The notes below the pieces were generated by a model. The model was not told the origin of the DNA. It saw only the letters and a list, made by a program, of their open reading frames with translations, and searched no databases. A program made the position numbers and the translations under genes. A stretch of 64,000 nt of DNA from Planktothrix sp. GU0601_MAG3 (GTDB taxonomy: Bacteria > Cyanobacteriota > Cyanobacteriia > Cyanobacteriales > Microcoleaceae). Each line of letters begins with the position of its first letter. Positions within the stretch are counted from its first letter, which is position 1. This document shows, piece by piece, positions 22,568 to 35,507 of this stretch. The stretch is taken from NCBI GenBank assembly GCA_035193785.1, contig CP136572.1, positions 4,020,578 through 4,084,577 of the forward strand. Reading direction: 5' to 3'.

Positions 22568-22803
22568 ATATAATAGTCTGTTTATAAAATTTATCTTATA
22601 TCTTACGATTTTATTTGTGAAAAAATATCAAAATAAAAAAATATCTAAACATAGGATTAAATTTAGAGGTAGAGATATTGACGGATTGATCTAAGCAAGT
22701 TAACTTTGATTATTAACGCTAAAAATCCTATAGGGTGTGTAGGCGTAGCACGCGCACTACCTAACTAAATTCTGCTTAACAACATCCAAAAACAAGGGGT
22801 AGC

Positions 22804-24280
22804 ATGGTTAAAATCAATGGTGTGATGATGCAATATTTCCACTGGTATCTTCCGGCCGATGGAAGCCTGTGGAATCAAGTCAAAAAAAATGCCCGGGAGT
22901 TAGCAGATGCGGGAATTACGGCCCTATGGTTACCTCCGGCTTACAAGGGAACCGGGGGCGGGATGGATGTGGGATATGGGGTTTATGATATTTATGATTT
23001 GGGAGAATTTGATCAAAAGGGCTCAATTAGAACTAAATATGGCACTCGTAAACAATATTTAGATGCCATTAATAGTCTGCATAAATCAGAAATTGAAGTC
23101 TATGCAGATACGGTATTAAATCATAAAATTGGGGCGGATGAAACCGAAATTGCTAAAGCAACTCCCTTCCCTTACAGTGATCGAAAAAATCCTAAAGGAG
23201 AGTTACGAGATATCAAGGCTTATACTCTGTTTAACTTCCCGGGTCGTAAAGGAAAATATTCTAAATTTGAGTGGCATTGGTGGCATTTTGATGCCGTTGA
23301 TTATGATGAATTTACCAAGGAATCGGGAACGGTTTATTTATTTGAAGGTAAGACTTTTGATGATTATGTTGCGCTGGAAAATGGCAATTTTTCCTATTTA
23401 ATGGGGGCAGATTTAGACTTCCAAAGTGAGGAAGTCAGAAATGAACTTACCGACTGGTCAAAATGGTATCTTGATACTACGGGTGTGGATGGATTTCGCT
23501 TAGACGCGATTAAACATATTTCGGCTTGGTTTTTCCCAGAATGGTTAGATACCATGGAAAAATATACAGGTCGGAAACTTTTTACAGTGGGGGAATATTG
23601 GTCGCCTGATACTAGCGTTTTGAATTGGTATTTAGACACCGTAGGTCAAAGAATGTCGGTATTTGATGTTAGCTTACATTATAATTTCCACTATGCCAGT
23701 AAAGCTGGAGGATATTATGATATGCAGACAATTCTGGATGGAACATTAGTCAAAGACCGTGCCATGAATGCCGTTACTTTTGTGGAAAATCACGATTCCC
23801 AACCGTTACAAGCCTTAGAATCCGTGGTAGAGCCCTGGTTTAAACCCTTAGCTTATGCGATCATATTATTACGTCAACAGGGTTATCCTTGTATTTTTCA
23901 TGGCGATTATTACGGGGCAGAATATGAAGATAAAGGACGGGATGGGAATACCCATCAAGTTGTTTTACCTTCCCATAAACAGTTTATTGATCAGTGTCTT
24001 TATGCGCGGAAAAATTTTGCTTACGGCCCCCAATATGAATATTTTGATCACCCCGATATTATTGGTTGGACTTGTTTAGGAGATGAACAACATCCGAAAG
24101 CCATGGCGGTGATTTTAAGTGATGGTCAAGAGGGAATGAAACCCATGGAAGTCGGGAAACCTAATACTAAATTCTATGACCTGACGGGGAATATTAAAGA
24201 AACCCATTGAAACAAATGATTCCGGTTGGGGTGAATTTTCTTGTAAAGGCGGTTCGGTTTCGATTTGGGTTCAGGAGTAG
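22804..24280 (+). CDS. Cytoplasmic alpha-amylase (GH13); apparent frameshift at ~24201
   Basis: NGVMMQYFHWY, DTVLNH, GFRLDAIKH, VGEYW, FVENHD; end restored to GWGEFSCKGGSVSIWV. Confidence 0.93.
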
Positions 24281-24410
24281 GGAATAGGGAATTAGGAATT
24301 ACGAATTACGAATGGGGAACACCAGATAATACTTTTGGCTGTTTGATGTCGCTTGTAAATTATTACGACCTATTTGGGTGCTATAGTAGGGGTAATTAAT
24401 GAATTACCCT
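24277..24410. repeat. STRR tract followed by a GTAGGGGTAATT..AATTACCCT REP-like palindrome
   Basis: Heptamers at 24277-24318; palindrome at 24386-24410 with a sister copy at 56722-56748. Confidence 0.75.
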
Positions 24411-24487
24411 TGCTTATAGGCTGTTTTCAAATATTATGATTTTGGGTATTCTCAGTTGTCCAAATTTACCCTATTTTTTTAATTAAA

Positions 24488-27400
24488 ATGCACAGAATTG
24501 CAGCCACACCAGGGGGATGGAACCCCGATACAGACGGAGTTATTTTTATTGAACAAACCCCCGCACCGATTATTTTTCTAACGGCGGCGGATACGGATAT
24601 TCAAACCTTAGCCACGGTGGTTTCTAAACTTCCGGCGGATTTTCCCCCGTTGCGAGTCACAAATTTATTACAATTACAACAACAATTAACCATTGATACC
24701 TATGCAGAAACTGTTTTAGAAAAAGCTCAAGTAATTATTTTAAGACTGTTAGGAGGACGTTCCTATTGGTCGTATGGTTTGGAAGTTTTACAAGACATTT
24801 TTGCTAAAACCAAAACCCAATTAATTATCCTTCCGGGGGAAGATCGTCCCGACCCAGATTTAATTAGTCATTCTACCGTATCGTTATCTATTGTTGATCA
24901 AGTTTGGCGCTATTTAACTGAAGCCGGGGTTGATAATTTTGCCAATGCTCTGTTATTAATTGGTAATCATATTTTTAATAAAAATTATCCCATTATTCCT
25001 CCGGTTACTATTCCTAAAGTCGGTGATTATCAGTGGAATTATCATCTAAAACAGGATCATTATATCGGTGCTGTGGGGATTCTATTCTATCGCGCCCATT
25101 ACCTATCTGGCAATTTAGATCCGATAGATTCTCTGTGTCAAGCATTAGTTAAATTAAACTTAAAACCTATTCCGATTTTTGTTTCATCTCTACGAGATCC
25201 CGATCTGCAAACGGAGGTTTTAACCTATTTTAAACCTCAAGATAAGAATGCTATTCAATTATTAATTAATACCACCAGTTTTTCGATTTCTTCGACTTCA
25301 GAAGATAGTATTCAACCGCCATTATTCTCCTTGGATATTCCGGTTTTACAAGTTATTTTAAGTGGGGGAAGTTTAGAACAGTGGGAAAGTAATTTTATGG
25401 GACTTTCCCCTCGGGATATTGCCATGAATGTAGCCTTACCTGAAGTCGATGGACGGATTATTAGTCGGGTTATTTCTTTTAAAGCGGTAGAAAATTGGAA
25501 CCCCACCTTAGAAACTAATGTTGTCCGATATGTGGCGGTACAAAATCGGATTAATTTTGTTGCTGAGTTAGCCAAAAATTGGATTAATTTACAACAGAAA
25601 CCCCCATCAAAACGACACGTTGCGATTATTTTAGCTAACTATCCCTGTCGAGATGGACGCTTAGGTAATGGGGTGGGTTTGGATACGCCAGCCAGTTGTA
25701 TTGAAATTCTAAAAGCCTTAGAAGAAGCGGGATATTTTCTGGAAAATCCCCCTCAAACTGGAGAAGAATTAATTGATCAATTAACAACCGGAATCACTAA
25801 CGACCCGGAAGGTTGGGAGTTAAGAACTATTGATCAAAGTTTATCTTTTAAAGACTATCAAGAGTATTTTTTGACCTTACCTCCCGCCATTCAAACTGCT
25901 ATTAATAACCGATGGAAAGATCATTTTCAAGAGGAACAAAAGACCGCTAAAGGGTTTGCTATTTCAGGTATTCAACGGGGAAATATTTTTATCGGAATAC
26001 AGCCTTCCCGGGGATATGATCTTGATCCAAGTTTAAATTATCATGCCCCGGATTTAGAACCCACACCGGATTATTTGGCGTTTTATTATTGGTTGCGATC
26101 GCAATTTCAAGCCGATGCTATTATTCACTTAGGAAAACATGGGAATTTGGAATGGTTGCCGGGTAAAAGTGTAGGATTATCAGAAAACTGTTATCCTGAA
26201 ATAGCGTTAGGGGCCTTACCCAATTTTTATCCCTTTATTGTTAATGATCCAGGGGAGGGAACCCAAGCCAAACGTCGTTCCCAAGCGGTAATTTTAGACC
26301 ATTTAACACCACCTTTAACCCGTGCGGAATTATATGGATCATTACAACAGTTAGAAGGGTTAATGGATGAATATTATCAAGCCCAAAGTTTAGATCCTTC
26401 TCGGTTATCGTTGATTTCAGAAAGAATTATTCAGCTAATTCAACAGGAGAATTTAGAGGAAGAATTGGGCTTACCCAAACTAAATAAACAGGCGGTTTTA
26501 CAGGATCAAAATTCTATCTTTAGTGAATTAGATCGATATTTATGTGAATTAAAAGAGGCACAAATTCGGGATGGATTACATATTTTTGGGCAATGTCCCC
26601 AGGGTGAACAATTAAGGGATTTAATCATCTCTATAGCCCGTCATCCTGATACTAAACGCTTGGGTTTAAGTCGCGCGATCGCCCAAGATTGGCAGTTAGA
26701 TTTTGATCCCTTAACCTCAGATTATGGAGAAATTATTAATCAAACTATTAATAATCAATTCTGTCGAACTGTTGGGGATGGGGTGGCAGTTATTGAAGAA
26801 TATGCGATTAATTTAATTGAAGAATTACCCGCTATCCCCGATCAACAAATATTAATCCAAAAAGAATTAAACTGGATTCAGAATAAATTATTACCCAATT
26901 TATTGAGAAACCTCCGAAGAAATTACTAATCTATTAAAAGGTTTAGCAGGTCGATTTATCGAGAGTGGTGCATCGGGGGCACCAACAAGAGGAAAACCCA
27001 ATGTTTTGCCCACCGGACGCAATTTTTATTCCGTTGATATCCGGGCTATTCCTACAGAAACCGCCTGGAGAGTTGGGGAATTAGCAGCATCAGTATTAAT
27101 TGAACGTTATACACAAGAAAATGGCGAATATCCCCGCACATTAGGGTTATCAGTTTGGGGAACTTCAACAATGCGAACTGGGGGAGATGACATGGCGGAA
27201 GCCTTAGCATTATTGGGAGTCAAACCTGTTTGGGATTATCCTTCGCGGCGAGTAGTTGATTTTGAAATATTACCAATTTCTATTTTAGGCCGTCCCCGGG
27301 TGGATGTAACACTAAGGATTTCAGGGTTTTTTAGAGATGCTTTTCCCAATTTAATTGATTTATTTGATCAAGCGGTGATTGCTGTTTCTAATTTAGATGA

Positions 27401-28235
27401 AACCGCAGATCAAAATCCTTTAGCTGCAAAAGTTCAACAGGAAACTGAATTTTGGGTGCAGGAAGGTTTAACAATTGAACAGGCAAATTTGCGATCGCGC
27501 TTGAGAATTTTTGGGTCTAAACCTGGGGCTTATGGGGCGGGTTTACAGGGATTAATTGAATCCCAAAATTGGCAAACGGATCAGGATTTAGCAACGGCCT
27601 ATATTAACTGGAGTAGTTACGCTTATACCAGTACAAATTCTGGATATCAACAGGGAATTTCCGCGTCAGAAGCCTTTCAAAATCGCTTAGAAAATATGCA
27701 AATTGTTCTGCAAAATCAAGATAACCGAGAACATGATTTATTAGATTCCGATGACTATTATCAATTTCAAGGGGGAATGACCGTTGCGGTTAGAACATTA
27801 ACGGGAGAAAATCCTGAGATTTATTTTGGGGATAATGCTATTCCTGAAAACCCGAAGGTGAAACTTTTAAAAGAAGAAATTTCTCAAGTATATCGTTCTC
27901 GAGTTATTAACCCTAAATGGATAGCTGGAGTTATGCGACATGGCTATAAAGGAGCTTTTGAACTATCAGCAACCGTTGATTTTTTATTCGCCTATGATGT
28001 AACGGCAAATTGTGTAGAAGATTTTATGTATGAAGGAGTGGCAAATGCTTATGTTTTTGATCAGAAAGTCCAACAATTTATTCAAGAAAAAAATCCTTGG
28101 GCGTTACGCGATATGGCAGAAAGATTATTAGAAGCGCATCAACGCCAATTCTGGCAAACAGCGAGTCAAAATATGATCGAACAGTTGAGGGCAATTGTTC
28201 ATGAAGCCGAGGGAATAATTGAAGGCAAGGTTTAA
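24488..28235 (+). CDS. cobN: Cobaltochelatase subunit CobN; apparent frameshift at ~26909
   Basis: MHRIAATPGGW, HLGKHGNLEWLPGK, SGAPTRG..LPTGRNFYSVD, QDNREHDLLDSDDYYQFQGG. Confidence 0.95.
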
Positions 28236-28312
28236 TGGGATAGTTTTGATTTATAATTGGACAAGAGCAATCCCGATTAACCAAAATCATCTAATTCCAG
28301 CTAACAATTGCT

Positions 28313-29839
28313 ATGAGTCTATTGTCTATATTAAGCTTATTGATTAGATCAACCCATAGAAATAGTGGGGTGATGGCGATAGTTTCTCTGATGATATTAA
28401 TGGTTGGGTGTTCATTCAAAGAATCCTCCCAGCCTTCCGTTGATTCCCAAACTGCGATCGCTGCTTCTATTACCCCTAATTCCCAACCGTTGAATCAGAA
28501 TAAAATATCAGGAAAACCAGAAAATTTAATCTCCCAAAATTCTGCCAAATCTCAAACTTGTATCGAAGAAAATCCCTTTGATGAATCGGTTAAATTTGCC
28601 CTACAAGCCTCTAATTTAGCTCAAACCGCCCAATCTCAATCGGACTGGGATGAAGTTGCCCGTCTATGGTTACAGGCCGTGGCGTGGATGCAAGCGGTTC
28701 CTGCTAATAGTCCTAGACGCACTTTTGCTGAGAAAAAAGTAATTGAATATATGCGAAATTTAACCTATTCTCAACAGCAAGCCGCGCGTTCGGGTTCAGT
28801 TTCTCAGTTTCCTAGTTTCGATAGTGAACCTTTAGATCAACAATTAAAATTATATTTATCTTATTTGAGTACCGTTGGCAAACCAGATATTTTAATTGTG
28901 GGAAGTTCTCGCGCATTACAAGGAGTTGATCCGGCACAAATGCAGCAAGTTTTAGCTAAAAAAGGATATCAAAATTTAAGGATTTTTAACTTTGGGGTAA
29001 ATGGTGCAACGGCGCAAGTTGTCGATTATATTTTAAGAGAAGTTTTAACTCCAGAACAACTACCTAAATTAATAATTTGGGCGGATGGAGTGCGGGCATT
29101 TAATAGTGGTCGAATTGATCGAACCTATGAGGCAATTATGGCTTCCCAAGCCCATCAAAAAATAGCTGCTGGTATTCGTCCCCAATTAGCTAAAGCTGAA
29201 CCAAATTCTCAAAACAAATGTTATCAATTGCCAAACTATTGTAAACACAAAGATAACTCTAAATTTCAGTTTCAAACTTCTCATTTTGTTAAAAAAAATG
29301 ATGATAATTTAGCTAATAATTCTCAGAAAAATTCCCCATCTAACTATCAGAATCTATTATATCGTCCTTCAGAATTTAATTTTTCTGCTACTCTTGTTTC
29401 TTTAGATGCCATTGAAGCTAATGGATTTTTACCCCTGTCTATTCGTTTTAACCCCAATACCTATTATCAACAAAAACCCTATGTTTCTGGATCTTATGAT
29501 GGGGATTATCGAGCCTTTGATTTAGGAGGAGAACAGGCTAGAGCCTTTGATTCGGTGATCGCATTTGCGAATTATAATAATATTCAATTAGTTGTTGTCA
29601 ATTTACCGATCACGGATGATTATTTAGATTCAGTGCGATGGTCTTCTGAAGTCGAATTTAATCAACAAATGAAACAGTTATCTCAGGAATATGGCTTTAT
29701 TTTTATCAACTTATCAGAAAAAGCCTTAAGAGAATATCAATATTTTGTTGATCCTAGCCATTTAAACCGCTATGGCGCTAGTTTAGTGGCGCGAGAAATT
29801 GCATCTAACCCGACAATTCCTTGGCCGCGTGTTAGATAA
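28313..29839 (+). CDS. Exported hypothetical protein with an SGNH-hydrolase-like (DUF1574-like) domain
   Basis: Signal/lipoprotein-like N-terminus; GSSR, NFGVNGAT and DPSHLN motifs. Confidence 0.65.
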   Translation: MSLLSILSLLIRSTHRNSGVMAIVSLMILMVGCSFKESSQPSVDSQTAIAASITPNSQPLNQNKISGKPENLISQNSAKSQTCIEENPFDESVKFALQASNLAQTAQSQSDWDEVARLWLQAVAWMQAVPANSPRRTFAEKKVIEYMRNLTYSQQQAARSGSVSQFPSFDSEPLDQQLKLYLSYLSTVGKPDILIVGSSRALQGVDPAQMQQVLAKKGYQNLRIFNFGVNGATAQVVDYILREVLTPEQLPKLIIWADGVRAFNSGRIDRTYEAIMASQAHQKIAAGIRPQLAKAEPNSQNKCYQLPNYCKHKDNSKFQFQTSHFVKKNDDNLANNSQKNSPSNYQNLLYRPSEFNFSATLVSLDAIEANGFLPLSIRFNPNTYYQQKPYVSGSYDGDYRAFDLGGEQARAFDSVIAFANYNNIQLVVVNLPITDDYLDSVRWSSEVEFNQQMKQLSQEYGFIFINLSEKALREYQYFVDPSHLNRYGASLVAREIASNPTIPWPRVR

Positions 29840-29843
29840 AATT

Positions 29844-29873
29844 AACAGGGTTTATGAGATCACAAACCCTGTT
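29844..29873. terminator. Hairpin between convergent genes
   Basis: AACAGGGTTT...AAACCCTGTT. Confidence 0.6.
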
Positions 29874-29885
29874 TTCCCTCCGTGA

Positions 29886-30566
29886 TTATTGGGAGGGTAA
29901 ATCACCAAAGCGATCGCGGTATTGTTGCAATAAGGTTTCCATTTCTGCTAATCTTTGTTGAGCATTGTCCGCCCGTTGGCGTTCCTGTTCTAATTGTTCA
30001 CTAACTTCCTGATAGGATAGAAAGGGAATACCATCGGGACGATAAATTTCTAATTCTTCCCCCGATAAATCAAAGCGAATGCCTAAACGGGGACTCACCC
30101 AACCGTTGATTTCTTCGATCACATCTAAACCCATTTCCCGACGTAACCACCCTTTCAATTGATTCCTGTCCGGGTCATAGATGTAATATTCTTCTACTCC
30201 ATAACGGTCATAAAATAACAGCTTTTTCTCCATATCCGTTTGGGAATTACAAGGAGAAAGAATTTCAAAGACAACTTGGGGAGGAATTCCATTTTCTTGC
30301 CATTGTTTATAGGATGGGCGATCGCCTTTTGGTCTACCCAAAGCAATCATCACATCCGGTGCTTGCACAATATTATTGCGTCCTTCAACGGGATACCAAA
30401 ATAAATCTCCGGCGACAAATACATTCGGATCATTGGCATAAAGTTGATCTAAATTCTGTTTAATAATAACAATCCAACGAAATTGTTTAGTATTATCAGC
30501 CATTGGTTTACCGTCACTTTCTGGGTAAATAATATCAGAAGATGGCAGAGATTGTAGTTGAACCAT
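29886..30566 (-). CDS. Uma2 family (PD-(D/E)xK) endonuclease-like protein
   Basis: YPESDGKPMADNT, APDV, FEILSP, YGVEEYYIYDP. Confidence 0.92.
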   Translation of the reverse strand: MVQLQSLPSSDIIYPESDGKPMADNTKQFRWIVIIKQNLDQLYANDPNVFVAGDLFWYPVEGRNNIVQAPDVMIALGRPKGDRPSYKQWQENGIPPQVVFEILSPCNSQTDMEKKLLFYDRYGVEEYYIYDPDRNQLKGWLRREMGLDVIEEINGWVSPRLGIRFDLSGEELEIYRPDGIPFLSYQEVSEQLEQERQRADNAQQRLAEMETLLQQYRDRFGDLPSQ

Positions 30567-30670
30567 AACTTTTTTTTAGCTCTATCAGTCTAGTGTAACC
30601 AATTTATCCAATTTTGGCGACGGATCAGGGATAATAATAACAAGACTATGAGAAATAATAGGATAAAGTC

Positions 30671-31592
30671 GTGGAAATTAAACAGGTAATTATTGCCCAT
30701 AAAGCTAGAGATCCGTTAAGCAAACGCTGGGCGGAACAATATGCTAAACATTTAGAACAGCGTGGGTGTCATGTCTTAATGGGGCCCAGTGGGGCTAAAG
30801 ATAACCCCTATCCAGTTTTTCTCGCTTCTAGTAATGTTTCCATTGATTTAGCGATTGTTTTGGGTGGGGATGGCACAGCTTTAGCCGCCGCCCGGCATTT
30901 GGCTGCTGAGGGAATTCCAATTTTAGCGGCAAATGTCGGGGGACATTTAGGATTTTTAACCGAATCTTTTGAAGATGTTGAAAATACGGAAGCCGTCATT
31001 GATCGACTGTTTGAAGATCGTTATGCGCTGCAAAGTCGGGTGATGTTACAAGCGATGGTTTATGAGGGAAATCGCACGAATTTAGAACCAATTAGCGATC
31101 GCTTTTTAGCCTTAAATGAAATGTGTATTAAACCCGCTTCTGCCTATCGAATGCCCACCTCTTTTTTAGAGATGGAAGTGGATGGAGAAGTGGTTGATCA
31201 ATATCAAGGAGATGGTTTAATTGTCGGTACTCCCAGTGGTTCCACTTGTTATAATACCTCCGCCGGAGGGCCGATTTTACACCCCGGAATGGCGGCGATT
31301 AGTGTGACTCCTATTTGTCCTTTGAGTTTATCCAGTCGTCCGATTGTTTTACCTGCGGGTTTCTGTTGTTAGTGTTTGGCCGTTGGCTGACACCGAACAT
31401 GATACCAAACTCTGGATGGATGGGGTATTAGCAACATCAATTTGGCCGGGTCAACGGGTGGATGTTTCCATGGCAAATTGTGAGGCAAAATTTATTATTC
31501 TGCGGGAAAATTATTCGTTTTATCAAACATTAAGAGAAAAATTACAATGGGCTGGGGCAAGAATTCGACATATTAATAATCATCGGAATTGA
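30671..31592 (+). CDS. NAD(+) kinase; apparent frameshift at ~31361
   Basis: LGGDGT, GHLGFL, LNE, GDGLIVGTPSGSTCY, PICP. Confidence 0.93.
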
Positions 31593-31692
31593 AGTGAATA
31601 GGAGACTCTCATACAGGATTAACTCGATCAGAATCCGAAATCCTCAAGCTCACCTTTGTAGATGGAGGTATAAAACTTCTATGTAGGTTGAA

Positions 31693-32403
31693 TTGAAGCC
31701 AATGGAAACCCGACTGCAACACCTAGTCCAAAAATTAGAAGAATTGGTAGAAGAAGAAACAGAAAGTTCAGACCATCCTTGGTTAACTCGAACAGTTTTA
31801 GAGCAGTTGTTTGATCAAAAATATGGATCTTCCCTAGAAAATATATTACAAGATTATGGCTATTTTGATCTGAAAACATTTCTGAGAAAAAGCCATATTT
31901 TTGCTATTTATGAAACACCAATTCCTCAAAATTTTTATATTTCTTTACTCCGAAAAACGGTTCCTGGTCATAAACAATCTTCAATTAGCAATCAATCAAT
32001 GTTTTATACAATAAAACGTCCTTGGAAAGTTGAGCGACCTATGATTAAAGATTTGCAGGATGATGGATATTCTGCAAAATATACTCAAATCCCCACAAAG
32101 AAAAATCAGAGTTCAAACCAAATCTCTAAAACATTTAATCCCATTTATAAAAAAATTGAATCTCAGGATGATTTTAAATTTTCTTTAGTAGAAATAGTAA
32201 AAACTTTATTGGGAAATAAAAAAAATTATGTAACAATTGATGAATTAAACAATCAGTTTTATACGAATTATGATCAGTCTATAAAAGAAGTTAGATCTAA
32301 AATTTATCCTAATATTAAATTGATAGATCTACTACAAACAATTCCCGAACTAAAATTAGAAAAAATACAAAATACTTGGCGGATTACTCTTGATAAGTAT
32401 TAA
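31693..32403 (+). CDS. Hypothetical protein with two OST-HTH/LOTUS-like domains
   Basis: Two similar segments (LEQLFDQKYG..YGYFDLKTFL and LNNQFYTNY...KLIDLLQTIPEL). Confidence 0.5.
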   Translation: MKPMETRLQHLVQKLEELVEEETESSDHPWLTRTVLEQLFDQKYGSSLENILQDYGYFDLKTFLRKSHIFAIYETPIPQNFYISLLRKTVPGHKQSSISNQSMFYTIKRPWKVERPMIKDLQDDGYSAKYTQIPTKKNQSSNQISKTFNPIYKKIESQDDFKFSLVEIVKTLLGNKKNYVTIDELNNQFYTNYDQSIKEVRSKIYPNIKLIDLLQTIPELKLEKIQNTWRITLDKY

Positions 32404-32490
32404 CCTTTCCGATTTGTCGTAGTCAGGGATGCGCGATTATGGTATTTTCTCGCACCCCGACAAAGGTAGCCATTAATCCCAAACAATAAA

Positions 32491-35261
32491 CTAAGAGCTA
32501 GTTTTTTTGCTAGTAGTTGAGGACTTTTTGGCTGTGGTTTTGGTGGTTTTAGCTGTGGTTTTAGAAGCAGTTTTAGAAGCAGTTTTAGAAGCAGTTTTAG
32601 AAGCAGTTTTAGAAGCAGTTTTTGTCGTTTTAGACTTACTCCGCGAACTCGAACCCGAATCCGCTTTTGCTGCTAATAATTCCAACGCTTGGGCTAAGGT
32701 AAACGCCTCCACCGCCGCATCCTTGGGTAAGGAAGCATTGATTTTCCCATGTTTAACATAGGGCCCATAACGGCCATCATAAACATTCACAGGTTCATCA
32801 TCTGCGGGATGGGTTCCTAACTCCCGTAGGGGCGGAACTTCTTTTTTACCCCGTCCCCCCCGACCACTGGTTTTCGGTTGGGCCAACAGTTCTAAAGCCC
32901 GTTCTAAACTAACGGTTAATACGTCATCCGGGGCTTTCAGCGACCGATAATCCTTACCCTCTTTCCCCTGGTCATGGACAACATAAGGCCCAAACGGCCC
33001 CAAGGCGGCTTTAATCTTGGCCTCGGTTTCAGGATGGGTTCCTAATAGTCGCGGTAGGGCTAATAACCCCAAGGCCATTTCCACGGTGACGTTTTCCTTA
33101 TTAACGCCTTTAGGAATAGACACCCGTTTCGGTTTTTTACTGTCTTCTGCTTCTAACCCCAACTGCACATAGGGGCCATAGGGGCCAATTAAGATATAAA
33201 TGGTTTCTCCCGTTTCTGGGTGAACCCCTAATTTTTCTGGCCCTTCGGTTTTTTGTCCCACCAATTCCCGAATTACCTCCGGGGTTAAGTCCGCCGGAGT
33301 CAAATCTTGGGGAATGGAAGCGGTAATCATTTCCTCTCCAGTTCCCGCCTCAATATAGGGGCCAAACTTACCAATACAGACGCGATATTGAACCGGGTCA
33401 TCTTCGTCCCCCAAATTTTCCAACTCAATAGTTTCGGGCGACTTTGGTATCAATTTTACTGGCTTGGTCTTTCACCTGATTTTCCAGTCCAGCATCCCCT
33501 AAATAGAATTTTTCCAAATAGGGTAGCCAAGGAGCTTCCCCGGTAGCAATATCATCCAGGGTGTCCTCCATGCGGGCGGTAAATCGTAAATCGACTAAAT
33601 CCGGGAAATAGGTTTCTAGGAGGTTGGTAACCGCAAAGGCCGTAAAAGTGGGAATCAGGGCGTTATTTTTTAACTGAACATACCCCCGATCAATAATGGT
33701 TCCAATCACGCTGGCGTAGGTGCTAGGGCGACCAATCCCTTCACTTTCTAGGGTTTTAACTAAAGATGCTTCGGTAAAGCGAGCCGGAGGTTGGGTTTCG
33801 TGTCCAACTACATCTAACTTTTTGCAGTCGGGATGGTCGCCCACTTTCAGGGGTGGTAATAATACCTCTTGGTCTTCCAAGGCTGCTTCTGGGTCGTCGG
33901 AACCCTCCACATAGGCCCGCAGGAACCCAGGAAAATCAATCCGTTTTCCGGTACTGCGGAATCCGGCATCCTCAACTTTTAGCTCAACGGTAATATTAGT
34001 TTGGCGAGAGTCGGCCATCTGGGAGGCAACGGTACGCTTCCAAATTAAATCATAGAGGTTGAGTTCGGCTCCACTCAGGGCCGTTTCTTGGGGAGTACGG
34101 AAAGAACTTCCCGCCGGACGGATGGCTTCGTGGGCTTCCTGTGCTCCTTTGGATTTAGTTGTATATTGCCGAGGTTTGGGACTGAGGTAATTTTTCCCAT
34201 ATTTCTGTTCCACACATTCCCGGGCGGCGGTAATTGCCTGCTCCGATAAATGTACGGAATCTGTTCTCATATAGGTAATATAACCCCGCTCGTACAAACT
34301 CTGGGCGGTTTGCATGGTCTGACGGGCACTTAACCTGAGTTTCCGGTTAGATTCCTGTTGCAAGGTGGAGGTAGTAAACGGAGGGGAAGGTTTGCGAGTA
34401 ACGGCTTTTTCCTCTAAGTTGGCCACCGTCCAGGGTTTACCCGATAACCGTTGTTTTAAAGCCTCGGAAGCGGCTTCATCGAGTAAAACCACCTTCCGAC
34501 CTACGGCAATTTTTCCAGTGGTTTCATCGAAATCGCTCCCGGTTGCCACCTTCACCCCGGCCACACTCACCAGTTTGCTTTCAAATTTACTTCCCGCGCC
34601 CCCCTTTGCTAAGGGGTTGGGGGGGATATATTCCAAAAGGGCTTTTAAATCCCAATATCCCCCAGACCGGAAAGCCCGACGATCTCGTTCCCTACTGACC
34701 AGTAAACGCACCGCCACGGACTGTACCCGTCCGGCGGATAATCCCTTAGCAATTTTTTTCCACAACAGGGGGGAAAGGGTATAACCATAGAGGCGGTCGA
34801 GGATGCGGCGGGTTTCCTGGGCATGAAACCAGTTCTTCATCAACGGTGCGACAATTTTTCAGAGCTTCACGAATCGCTTCCTGGGTAATTTCGTGAAACA
34901 CCATCCGTTTAATTGGGACTTTCGGTTTCAGAATTTGGAGTAGATGCCAACTAATGCTCTCTCCCTCGCGGTCTTCGTCAGTAGCGAGAACAAGTTCGTC
35001 CGCTTCTTTGAGGGCTGCTTTAAGTTCCTTAACAATTTTTTGCTTATCTTTGGGGATAATGTAAATGGGTTCAAAGTTCCCTTCCACATTCACTCCCAGT
35101 TTTGCCCACGTTTCTCCCTTATATTCTTCGGGGATTTCCTCAGCAGAGGGGGGAAGGTCACGGACATGACCCATTGAGGCTTCTACCCGATAGCTCGATG
35201 GTAAGAAGTTGCGAATGGTACGGGCTTTGGTTGGAGATTCAACAATGACTAAAGTTGACAT
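32491..35261 (-). CDS. topA: DNA topoisomerase I; apparent frameshifts at ~34827 and ~33433
   Basis: [26 protein letters not shown], catalytic [20 protein letters not shown], Topo C-terminal repeats and a Lys-rich tail. Confidence 0.97.
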
Positions 35262-35507
35262 AGCACCTTCTCAGGTTACAGCAAACACCGGACTTGGGGA
35301 ATGAAGAAAAGCGTTGGGAATTGCTTTTGTTGACAATATTAGCACTACCTGTAGCCCACAAAACTTTGGTTACACCCTGAAAGGGTTAGGTGTAGGGATC
35401 TCCACACACTCACTATATGATTAAATTTTAGATGCCCAACTGAAGACAGTTGCCGCTGGATCTAAACGATAGCAAAAATTTCTAGTCAATCCATCACCTA
35501 AATAACT

